A stretch of 64,000 nt of DNA from Candidatus Polarisedimenticolia bacterium (GTDB lineage: Bacteria; Acidobacteriota; Polarisedimenticolia; JACPZX01; DASXTC01), in assembly GCA_035281445.1 (NCBI GenBank), contig DATEEA010000010.1, positions 14,092 to 78,091 on the forward strand. The letters run 5' to 3'. How positions within the stretch are numbered: the stretch's first letter is position 1; each line of letters opens with the position of its first letter. Below, piece after piece: positions 9,699 to 16,227 of this stretch. The notes beneath the pieces are model-generated. The model made no database searches, had not been told where the DNA came from, and saw only the letters and a program-made list of their open reading frames with translations. Both the position numbers and the translations under genes were made by a program.

Positions 9699-10979
9699 AT
9701 GGTGCGCCCCACGATCGCTGCCGCCGCCTGCTGCCTCCTGCTTGCCGCCGCCTCCCCGGCGGGCCGTCCCGAGCCGCTCGGGCCCCGGTCCCTCGCCTCT
9801 CAGCCGGCGGTGAAGGCCGCCCTGGCCGAGGCCGACCGCCGTCTGGAGAGCCACGTCCGGGAATGGATCCGCATCGCCGAGATCCCTGCTCCTTCGGGGG
9901 GGGAGCAGAGGCGAGCCGACTACCTGGAGAAGAGGTTCCGGGAGATGGGACTCGACGAGGTCCGCCGCGACGCCGCCGGCAACGTCATCGGGCTCCTGAA
10001 GGGTGCCGACCCCGGTCTTCCCAAGGTCGCGCTGGTGGCGCACATGGACACCGTCGCCCCCGCCACCGCCGATCACACCGTGCGGCGGGAGGCGGGGCGG
10101 CTGACCGGGCCGGGGGTGCGGGACGACTCGTCGGGGCTGGCCGGGATGGTGGCCGCCGTGGAGCTGATGAAGCTCCACGCGCTGACGCCCCCGGCCGATC
10201 TGTTCCTGGTGGCCTCGGTGCGCGAGGAGGTGGGGCTTCACGGCGCCGAGAGCTTCGTGAAGGACCACGCGGCGTCGCTGGGAGCGGTGGTGGCGCTGGA
10301 CGGCCATCTGGGGCAGGTGTCGTACGGCGCCACCGGGATCGCCTGGCTCAAGCTCGTCTTCACCGGGGAGGGTGCGCACACGCTGCGCTCCCACGAGAAG
10401 GCCAGCGCCGTCCTGGCCGCCGCCCGCGCCATCGAGAGGGTCGCCGCCATCCCCTTGAGGCGATCCCCGCCCACACAGGAGACGTGGCTGAACGTCGGCA
10501 TGCTGGGAGGCGGGGACGTCCCCAACGCCCTGCCAAGTTCGGCCTGGTTCGTGGTGGACCTCAGGGCCAACGATCCGGCGGCCTTCGAGGAGCTCCAGCG
10601 CAAGGTGCTCGACATCGGCGCGCGGACGGCGCGGGAGATCGGCGTGGGCTTCGAGCACGAGACGGTGCACCGGATGGAGGGGGCGGGGATCGCGGGGTTC
10701 GAGAGCTCGGTGCTGGTGCGATCGGCACGCGATGTCCTTGGGCACCTGGGATGGCGGGAGGTGGAGCTGACCCCGCGGGGGAGCGCCGACCACAACGTGG
10801 CGCTGGCCCGCGGCATCCCCGGGATCGCCATCGGCCTCACCACCGGAGACGGCGCCCACACGCCGGGGGAGTACGCCGACATCGAGCCCTTCTCCACCGG
10901 GGTGAAGCAGGTGCTGCTGCTCTCCCTGATGCCCCTCACGGTCAAACCTGACCGGAGCGGTCAGGTAAATGGGTCTTGA
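9699..10979 (+). CDS. M20 family metallopeptidase (peptidase T / ArgE-DapE-like), with signal peptide
   Basis: 426-aa ORF. Metal-binding context motifs are VALVAHMDTV, GVRDDSSG and SVREEVGLHG. The N-terminus MVRPTIAAAACCLLLAAASPAG is signal-like. Confidence 0.85.
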   Translation: MVRPTIAAAACCLLLAAASPAGRPEPLGPRSLASQPAVKAALAEADRRLESHVREWIRIAEIPAPSGGEQRRADYLEKRFREMGLDEVRRDAAGNVIGLLKGADPGLPKVALVAHMDTVAPATADHTVRREAGRLTGPGVRDDSSGLAGMVAAVELMKLHALTPPADLFLVASVREEVGLHGAESFVKDHAASLGAVVALDGHLGQVSYGATGIAWLKLVFTGEGAHTLRSHEKASAVLAAARAIERVAAIPLRRSPPTQETWLNVGMLGGGDVPNALPSSAWFVVDLRANDPAAFEELQRKVLDIGARTAREIGVGFEHETVHRMEGAGIAGFESSVLVRSARDVLGHLGWREVELTPRGSADHNVALARGIPGIAIGLTTGDGAHTPGEYADIEPFSTGVKQVLLLSLMPLTVKPDRSGQVNGS

Positions 10980-11004
10980 CACGGCCGAAGCCCAGAGGTT
11001 ATAA
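10976..11004 (+). promoter_or_regulatory. near-consensus sigma-70-type promoter: TTGACA, 17 nt, TTATAA
   Basis: TTGACA lies at 10976-10981 and overlaps the M20 stop codon. A 17-nt spacer follows, then TTATAA at 10999-11004. Such an element is conspicuous in a G+C-rich background. Confidence 0.5.
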
Positions 11005-11043
11005 CCTCGTTGCCTTGCGGTTGACTCTGGGAGGGGATGAGGT

Positions 11044-11063
11044 TTGAAAACCTTTATTTTCAA
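11044..11063. promoter_or_regulatory. perfect inverted repeat TTGAAAA-N6-TTTTCAA (candidate operator) in an AT-rich patch
   Basis: TTGAAAA at 11044-11050, spacer CCTTTA, TTTTCAA at 11057-11063. It lies about 40 nt downstream of the candidate -10 box. Confidence 0.4.
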
Positions 11064-11503
11064 CCAGTTGCATTGACCGGCTGGAAAGGGCGCGCCGGGC
11101 AAGGGTTTTCGGCCCGGTGCATAGGCTACATCGACGAATGACCAAGCGCGCGGCCTCTATCCCGACCTATGCGGGAGTCGAGCGTCCTCTGGCCTCGCGG
11201 AACGAGGCGCCAAAGCCCGGCGCCTGATTTAGCCCCCACACTCCGCTGACTCTCTCTCCTCGCGCGGGGGCGGCTCTATAGGTCACCGTCCTGCTCCTCC
11301 ATGGGCAGGAGTTTGATAGATAGACAGGTCCGCCTGGGTCCAGGGATCGGTGCCTGGACGACGAGAAGGAGGTGAGCGGCGCCACTCGTTCGAGCCATCG
11401 AGTCAACACGACACTCATCCCAGGCGGCCGGAGGCCGCCTCTTCAGCGATAGGACAGACGGGCGTTCGCAAGACGTGCATTCAACGGAGGAGGAACGTCA
11501 CAG

Positions 11504-12910
11504 ATGAGGAAATTCGGGTTGTTCATGCTGGGTCTCACGGCGATCCTGTGTGCCGGGACTCTGGCGCAGGCCCAGGACGACGAGGACACCGACAACAAGT
11601 TCAGCATCCACGGCGAGGTGCGGTTCCGCGGCGAGTCGTGGACGAACCTGACCGATTTCGCCGACACCGATGGTGACATCGATCACGACACCTTCGACAT
11701 CTACCCCTACCGGGTCAGGCTGGCCGCGAAGGGAGACCTCGGCAACGACATCTGGGTCTACGGCGAGTTCCAGGCGTCCGGTGTCGCCGGCGGAGGCTTC
11801 TTCGGCGAGGTCGATCCCTTCTTCGGCGACGAGACCGAGCTCTTCAACTCGGGCGTCAGCCTGTACCAGGGCTACGTGAAGGTGAAGGACGTCGGCAAGA
11901 GCGTCCTCGATCTCACCTTCGGACGCACGGAGATCGTCTTCGATCGCGGCCTGCACTTCAGCAGCCTCGACTTCTACAACGGCATCAGCCATGACGGCGT
12001 GATGGCGTCGTGGGACTGGGAGAACATGGGGCTGCATGCGTTCTGGTTCCGCCCGTTCGAGAGCAACGTGTTCTTCGGCTCGGGCGGGGTCCTCGATCCG
12101 GGGAGCAACGCCGACGACGACACCCTGGGCGTTCACTGGAACATGATGATCGGCCAGGACAAGGAGCAGGACGTCGCGGCATACGTGTTCCATCAGACTC
12201 AGAACACCTTCGGCCTGACCTCCGATCAGGACAAGACCGAGATCTTCACCGTGGGCGGCCGCTGGGGCCGTTCGGTGAAGGGTGAGACCGGCTTCCTGTG
12301 GAACATCGAAGCCGCGTTGCAGTTCGGCGACGTCCAGCCCTGCATCAACTTCGGCGGTCCTTGCGGCGACACGCTCGATCAGAAGGCGCACGTCATCGAA
12401 GGCGCCTTCGGGTACAACTGGCACGGCGGCAAGACCGATCAGAAGATCTGGGGCGGCGCGCTGCTGGCGTCGGGCGACGAGGATGGGGCCGATGAGGACA
12501 GCGAGGCGTTCATGCCTCTCTACACCGACTTCCACGAGAGGCTGGGGTACGCGGACCTGTTCGCTCCCATGAACATCCAGGCGATCAACGTCGGCTACAA
12601 GATCAACGTGGACGACAGGCACATCGCCGGGGCCAAGTTCTTCAACTTCACCTCGGCCGAGGAGACCGACTTCAACATGTCTCCGCTGACGGGCGTGGTG
12701 GTCAGCGACCCGACACCGTGCATCACCCTGGACGAGTGCGAGGACGACCTGGGCAACGAGCTGGACCTGTTCTACACCTACGCCATGACGAACAACTTCT
12801 CGTTCGACACGGCGCTGGCATGGTTCATGCCCGGTGACGCCGTCGAGCAGACGTTCGGGCATGACGACGCGGCCTGGAGGATCTACGGCCAGGCGCGCGC
12901 GCGCTGGTAA
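11504..12910 (+). CDS. outer-membrane beta-barrel protein, alginate-export/porin-like
   Basis: 468-aa ORF with a strong RBS GGAGGAGG 8 nt upstream. The signal peptide is MRKFGLFMLGLTAILCAGTLAQA. It has alternating beta-strand patterns, an acidic N-terminal stretch and a terminal aromatic residue (..ARARW). Confidence 0.75.
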   Translation: MRKFGLFMLGLTAILCAGTLAQAQDDEDTDNKFSIHGEVRFRGESWTNLTDFADTDGDIDHDTFDIYPYRVRLAAKGDLGNDIWVYGEFQASGVAGGGFFGEVDPFFGDETELFNSGVSLYQGYVKVKDVGKSVLDLTFGRTEIVFDRGLHFSSLDFYNGISHDGVMASWDWENMGLHAFWFRPFESNVFFGSGGVLDPGSNADDDTLGVHWNMMIGQDKEQDVAAYVFHQTQNTFGLTSDQDKTEIFTVGGRWGRSVKGETGFLWNIEAALQFGDVQPCINFGGPCGDTLDQKAHVIEGAFGYNWHGGKTDQKIWGGALLASGDEDGADEDSEAFMPLYTDFHERLGYADLFAPMNIQAINVGYKINVDDRHIAGAKFFNFTSAEETDFNMSPLTGVVVSDPTPCITLDECEDDLGNELDLFYTYAMTNNFSFDTALAWFMPGDAVEQTFGHDDAAWRIYGQARARW

Positions 12911-12940
12911 GCTCGATCGTCTGAAGGCCTGAACGACCAA

Positions 12941-12975
12941 CGCCCCCGGGGGCCCGGGCCTCCGGGGGCGTTTTC
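12941..12975 (+). terminator. rho-independent terminator after the porin gene
   Basis: CGCCCCCGG (12941-12949) pairs with CCGGGGGCG (12962-12970) around a GC-rich loop. TTTTCGTCTC follows. Confidence 0.75.
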
Positions 12976-12993
12976 GTCTCATCCAATCGCCGC

Positions 12994-13023
12994 TTGACTG
13001 CGTGATGCCGATCGGCGTATAAG
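12994..13023 (+). promoter_or_regulatory. sigma-70-type promoter: TTGACT, 18 nt, TATAAG
   Basis: TTGACT at 12994-12999 and TATAAG at 13018-13023, about 45 nt upstream of ATG 13070. Confidence 0.45.
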
Positions 13024-13069
13024 TTCCCCGTCTCCCCCCTGGCCTCCCTGACGGGGAAGGTGTCCGACG

Positions 13070-13252
13070 ATGGCACGGCTGCTGCTCTGCGGCCTCACCG
13101 GCGCGTTGCTCTCCGGCATCCTCACCCCGGCGGATCCATCTCCGATGCTCTTCTACAAGGCGGTCGACCAGAGCATCGCCGCCGCCGGCGGGACCCTCCT
13201 CTACACCCTGACGTTCAGGAACCGGTCGATGGTCAACACGCCGATGCCGTGA
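13070..13252 (+). pseudogene. 5' remnant of a surface-protein gene: signal peptide plus the start of a DUF11-type repeat, truncated after 60 codons
   Basis: MARLLLCGLTGALLSGILTPA (signal-like) is followed by KAVDQSIAAAGGTLLYTLTFRN, the characteristic opening of a DUF11 conserved-repeat domain. A premature TGA follows. Confidence 0.55.
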
Positions 13253-13630
13253 GCCGCGGCGCCGCCGAGGGCGGTCATCGGGTGCGACCACAGGAGGGCG
13301 GTATGAAAGTGAGAGATGCCACGAACTTCTGGCGCGCCAGCTCTTCTGTGTCAGCCTCAACGGCAATCCTGAGCGCGCTCCCCGGCGCACTGACCGCCAG
13401 CCAAGAGGCGCGGCCCCAAGGAAGATCGGCTAGTCCTGCACGGTGCATGGAAGGACGCCATCAAGAAGGCGCTCTGAAGCAGCGCCCTAAGGATGGATGG
13501 CCGGAGCCAAAAAAACCGCCTAGGCCGAAGGTGGTGGAAAAACCGCGCCCCTAGCCTTCTTCCGGCACCGCTATCGTGAAGAAAACATATGACTTCTCGC
13601 CTGATACTGGCCGGGCGCTGGATTTCGGCG

Positions 13631-13659
13631 TTGAAAGGAGCTATCCGGAGGGGTATCTT
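13631..13659 (+). promoter_or_regulatory. sigma-70-type promoter inside the cassette: TTGAAA, 17 nt, TATCTT
   Basis: TTGAAA at 13631-13636 and TATCTT at 13654-13659. The ATG at 13676 follows at about 16 nt with no Shine-Dalgarno sequence, implying a very short leader. Confidence 0.4.
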
Positions 13660-13675
13660 CTGTGCTACAACCTAG

Positions 13676-13897
13676 ATGCATATGCCTGAGCTTGCCGATA
13701 TCCCCGTGGACTACTTCCGCCTTCTGGAGCGATATAACGGGCGGTGGGTGGCCGTTCGCCTAGAGACCCAGGAAGTCATCGCCGTGGGCGATAGCCCCAA
13801 GGAAGTCTTGGATTCCGCGCTAGCACAAGGGGCGGAGAGTCCATTCATCACCAAGGTGGACTCAGAAAACTACTTTGCGCCTTGCGCCACAGAATAG
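13676..13897 (+). CDS. small protein resembling the DUF5678 family (73 aa)
   Basis: MHMPELADIPVDYFRLLERYNGRWVAVRLETQEVIAVGDSPKEVLDSAL. The pattern (y.G.WVA....via.gds..ev...a) is what I recall for DUF5678-type proteins. It overlaps the next ORF by 16 nt. Confidence 0.55.
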   Translation: MHMPELADIPVDYFRLLERYNGRWVAVRLETQEVIAVGDSPKEVLDSALAQGAESPFITKVDSENYFAPCATE

Positions 13898-14334
13898 ACA
13901 AGACCCTGCCGTTCAGTAGGCTCCCGGTTGATCCTTGCCCTGCCTATCCCGACCGCCGCGAATGCTGGCTGCCGCTTCTGTTTGTCAAGCTCACAGCGCC
14001 AGGCAAGGAGTTCACCACTAGCGCGCTACTTGATACTGGTGCTGGAATGGTCCTGTTCGGGACGCAGTGGGCAGATGCGCTCGGAGTGGACTGGAGAAGC
14101 TGTCCAACTATGCCGTTCCACGGGGTAGGGATCAAGAACGCTGTTGGGCACGTTGCGAAGGTAAGGCTTGCGCTTCCTTCCGTTCAGTATTCCTGGGAAA
14201 CCGATGTGGTTTTCTCGGAGCAAATGAACTCGATCAAGTTCCCACTTCTCGGTTATTCAGGCTTCTTTGACCAGTTCACTGTCACGTTCCGGCCAAAGAC
14301 GTTCCGGCTCTACCTTGGTCCTTCTGGTCCCTGA
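13882..14334 (+). CDS. retropepsin-like (clan AA) aspartic protease
   Basis: 150-aa ORF whose start is uncertain (TTG at 13882 per the ORF track). It has the catalytic signature LLDTGAGMVLF (D-T-G-A) and a single-lobe size consistent with a homodimeric retropepsin fold. Confidence 0.65.
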   Translation: MRHRIDKTLPFSRLPVDPCPAYPDRRECWLPLLFVKLTAPGKEFTTSALLDTGAGMVLFGTQWADALGVDWRSCPTMPFHGVGIKNAVGHVAKVRLALPSVQYSWETDVVFSEQMNSIKFPLLGYSGFFDQFTVTFRPKTFRLYLGPSGP

Positions 14335-14350
14335 CCCCGACTTGCGCTAA

Positions 14351-14590
14351 CTACCTACTACGGGACTTCATGTACCGCCGCACAGGGGGCCGGGGGTCTA
14401 TCTGATGACCATCGGAGTCGACGATCCGGACAACGCCGTGACCGCGGATTGCGCCGTCACCATCATCGAGCAGGCGGCCGCGGGCATCCCCGTGCTCTCC
14501 GGCTGGGGGATGGTCGTGCTCGTCCTGCTGCTCGCCACGGCCGCCGTGGCCGTCTTGCAGCGCAGGGGAAGGACGGGCCAGAACCCCTGA
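14351..14590 (+). pseudogene. 3' remnant encoding only a C-terminal IPTL-CTERM-type sorting signal
   Basis: The frame is open from 14351. It ends ...AAAGIPVLSGWGMVVLVLLLATAAVAVLQRRGRTGQNP, that is, an IP(T/V)LS.WG motif, a TM helix and a basic tail. It is on the same strand and in the same frame phase as the 13070 remnant. Confidence 0.5.
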
Positions 14591-14616
14591 CCTGAGACGG
14601 CTCGGAGACGCCGGAA

Positions 14617-14964
14617 CTAGACGCCGCCGGCCTGCTGGGGCCGTTGGACGAAGACGCCGTGCTCCGGGAGGTGATGGCGCCGCGGCCCCTCCAGGCAATC
14701 GTCCACGTGGACGCGGCTCAGGCAGGTACTGCCGGGCTTGACCTGCCTGGGGCCGCTGCAGCCGCAGCAGTCCACGCTCTGGATGCAGTCGCCTCCCACC
14801 GCCAGGCACGTCTTCGAGCCGGCCGAGGTGGCGCCGCAGGTGGCCCGCCTCTGCCCGTCGGTGGTGTAGAAGCTGCAGATCCGGCACGCCGCGGCGGCCG
14901 GCTCGGCGGCCATGGCCGCCAGCGGCAGCAGGACCAGAAGCCGGAACAGGAGCTTCGTCATCAT
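14617..14964 (-). CDS. small secreted cysteine-rich protein (115 aa, 10 Cys after the signal peptide)
   Basis: Internal MM start (ATG 14964-14962) of ORF 14617..15693. The signal peptide is MMTKLLFRLLVLLPLAAMAAEPAAAA. The mature part reads CRICSFYTT...CGATSAGSKTCLAVGGDCIQSVDCCGCSG...CLSRVHVDDC. The start overlaps the upstream stop (ATGATGA). Confidence 0.6.
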   Translation of the reverse strand: MMTKLLFRLLVLLPLAAMAAEPAAAACRICSFYTTDGQRRATCGATSAGSKTCLAVGGDCIQSVDCCGCSGPRQVKPGSTCLSRVHVDDCLEGPRRHHLPEHGVFVQRPQQAGGV

Positions 14965-15920
14965 GGCATCCTCCACAGCTCGACGCGGCGCTCGCGGTTG
15001 AAGTGCCGGACGTACGCGCCGTTTTCCAGGCGCTTGGCCAGCGCGCGGGGATCCGCGGCGGTCAGGCCGGCCCGAGCCAGCGAGCCGTCCCTCCGGAAGA
15101 CGTCGGCGGCGGTGCGGCCGTCCTCGGTGAGGTAGGAGCCGACCACCTCCCCGCCGATCACCGCGAGCTTCAGGGCGGTGTGGAAGCCCCCCAGGCGGTA
15201 GAGCCCCGGCCCCACGGACTCTCGCCGGGGCAACGACCCCGTGTCCATCCGGATCGGCTCCTGGAGGAGATCCCCTTCGGGGGAGAGGTGCAGGATCTCG
15301 TACGGCGTCAGCCGCGAGAGCCAGAGGGAGCCGTCCGCCGGATCGACGGCGACATGCCCCGTGCTCAGCCCCTGATCCTGCTCCGGAAGATCGAGGCCGG
15401 CCACGGCCGAGCCGAGATGCCGGCCGGACGCGTCGTAGCGGTGCAGGATCCTGCCGTTGTCGGGGCTGTACCCAACCAGGTAGAGGTCGCCGCCCGCCGG
15501 GTGCCGGGCCAGGCCGTTGAGGCTGAGGATGGCGATCCCGAAGGGGACCGGCGGACCCGGCCTGAGATCCCGATCGTAGAAGAAGAACCGGTTGCCCTCG
15601 CCGTCGGGAAGGACCAGGCCGCCCTCGGGGAGCGCCGCCAGCCTGGTGAGGAACAGGCCCGAGGGGGGCGTGCCGCGCGGCAGGTCCAGCCACCGCTCGA
15701 AGGCCCCCTGGCTGGTGAAGATGGCGACACGCATGGCGTCGTGGTCCAGCAGCGCGATCCGCCCGTCCGCGAGCACGTCCACGTCGGAGATGGTGCCGAC
15801 CATCTGCAGGGCGCGGCCTTCGATGGCCAGCGTCAGCTCCAGCCCGGGATCGGGAGGACCTTGCGCCGGGGCCGCAGCGAGCAGCGACAACGCCGTGGTC
15901 AGAACGCCGAAGCGATGCAT
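14961..15920 (-). CDS. secreted beta-propeller protein (NHL-like / 6-bladed type)
   Basis: ATG at 15920-15918 gives signal peptide MHRFGVLTTALSLLAAAPAQG. Repeated blade-like segments include DVDVLADGRIALLD, GGLVLPDGEGNRFFFYD, AGGDLYLVGY and VAVDPADGSLWLS. Confidence 0.65.
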   Translation of the reverse strand: MHRFGVLTTALSLLAAAPAQGPPDPGLELTLAIEGRALQMVGTISDVDVLADGRIALLDHDAMRVAIFTSQGAFERWLDLPRGTPPSGLFLTRLAALPEGGLVLPDGEGNRFFFYDRDLRPGPPVPFGIAILSLNGLARHPAGGDLYLVGYSPDNGRILHRYDASGRHLGSAVAGLDLPEQDQGLSTGHVAVDPADGSLWLSRLTPYEILHLSPEGDLLQEPIRMDTGSLPRRESVGPGLYRLGGFHTALKLAVIGGEVVGSYLTEDGRTAADVFRRDGSLARAGLTAADPRALAKRLENGAYVRHFNRERRVELWRMP

Positions 15921-16127
15921 GACAGCACCCCCTGTCTGCTCTGCGCGAGGTGTGACGGATGGGCCCGAGAGCAAGGGCGCCATCCGGGCGAGGGATGTGG
16001 CGGTGATACGCCGGAAGGGATCGTGTGGAGGGACGCGGTGGACGGCGCCGCGACGAGAGAGCCGTTCGTGGGAGCTCCTCTCGCTGCCCCGGCAGCGGAC
16101 GCCCGGGAGACCGCCGGATGCTGGTAC

Positions 16128-16156
16128 GGTTTACTCCCCGGCGGGCGGGCTGTCAA
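16128..16156 (-). promoter_or_regulatory. candidate promoter on the minus strand: TTGACA, 17 nt, TAAACC
   Basis: Read on the minus strand, TTGACA is at 16156-16151 and TAAACC at 16133-16128. This would give a leader of about 200 nt before the propeller gene. The -10 box is weak. Confidence 0.3.
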
Positions 16157-16176
16157 GGCGGGACCGGCCGGGGGAG

Positions 16177-16206
16177 GGCGGCCGGGAAAGAGGCTTCCCG
16201 GCCGCC
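16177..16206 (-). terminator. strong 12-bp hairpin after the metalloprotease gene; no U-tract
   Basis: GGCGGCCGGGAA (16177-16188) pairs with TTCCCGGCCGCC (16195-16206) around a 6-nt loop. It is followed by C-rich sequence, not a T-run. Confidence 0.45.
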
Positions 16207-16227
16207 TCGCCGGCGCAGGCGCGCGGG

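Larger units (their letters stand above)
13300..14350. other. visibly lower-G+C inserted cassette with no mobility gene
   Basis: By eye, base composition drops sharply relative to both flanks. The cassette contains its own promoter and two overlapping genes. It is bounded by the two gene remnants at 13070-13252 and 14351-14590. Confidence 0.5.

Noticed and set aside
11138-11227. 29-codon uORF (MTKRAASIPTYAGVERPLASRNEAPKPGA) in the porin leader, and the 83-aa minus ORF 11167..11418
   Set aside because: There is no RBS, no recognisable peptide features, and the region is better explained as non-coding. Coding cannot be supported without conservation data.
11329-11387. Riboswitch-like snippets in the porin leader: TCCGCCTGGGT (ZTP/pfl-like 3' motif) and GCCACTC (B12-box-like)
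   Set aside because: The other obligatory conserved elements of these classes are absent (GACTGGCG-type 5' domain for ZTP; CCCGCAACTGT and AGCCAGGAGACCTGCC-type segments for cobalamin). The downstream gene does not fit the ZTP regulon.
11498-13390. 630-aa minus-strand ORF antisense to the porin gene and extending into the DUF11 remnant
   Set aside because: It is Arg/Pro/Gly/Val-rich with no domain. The plus frame has an RBS, a signal peptide and beta-barrel features.
13316-13554. Possible decayed small basic protein at the left edge of the cassette. It reads MPRTSGAPALLCQPQRQS, TGA, ARSPAH, TGA, PPAKRRGPKEDRLVLHGAWKDAIKKAL, then a +1 shift to KQRPKDGWPEPKKPPRPKVVEKPRP. I also considered TGA recoding.
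   Set aside because: It requires two in-frame TGA codons and a frameshift. The neighbouring protease gene uses TGA as a stop, so recoding is unlikely. I cannot tie the sequence to a family from memory, so at most it is an unverifiable remnant.
13250-14410. Search for terminal inverted repeats or target-site duplications at the cassette borders (for example CCACAGGAGGGCGG near 13296 against GCACAGGGGGCCGG near 14381)
   Set aside because: Only imperfect short similarities were found, which are expected by chance in G+C-rich DNA. There is no mobility gene, so I do not call a mobile element.
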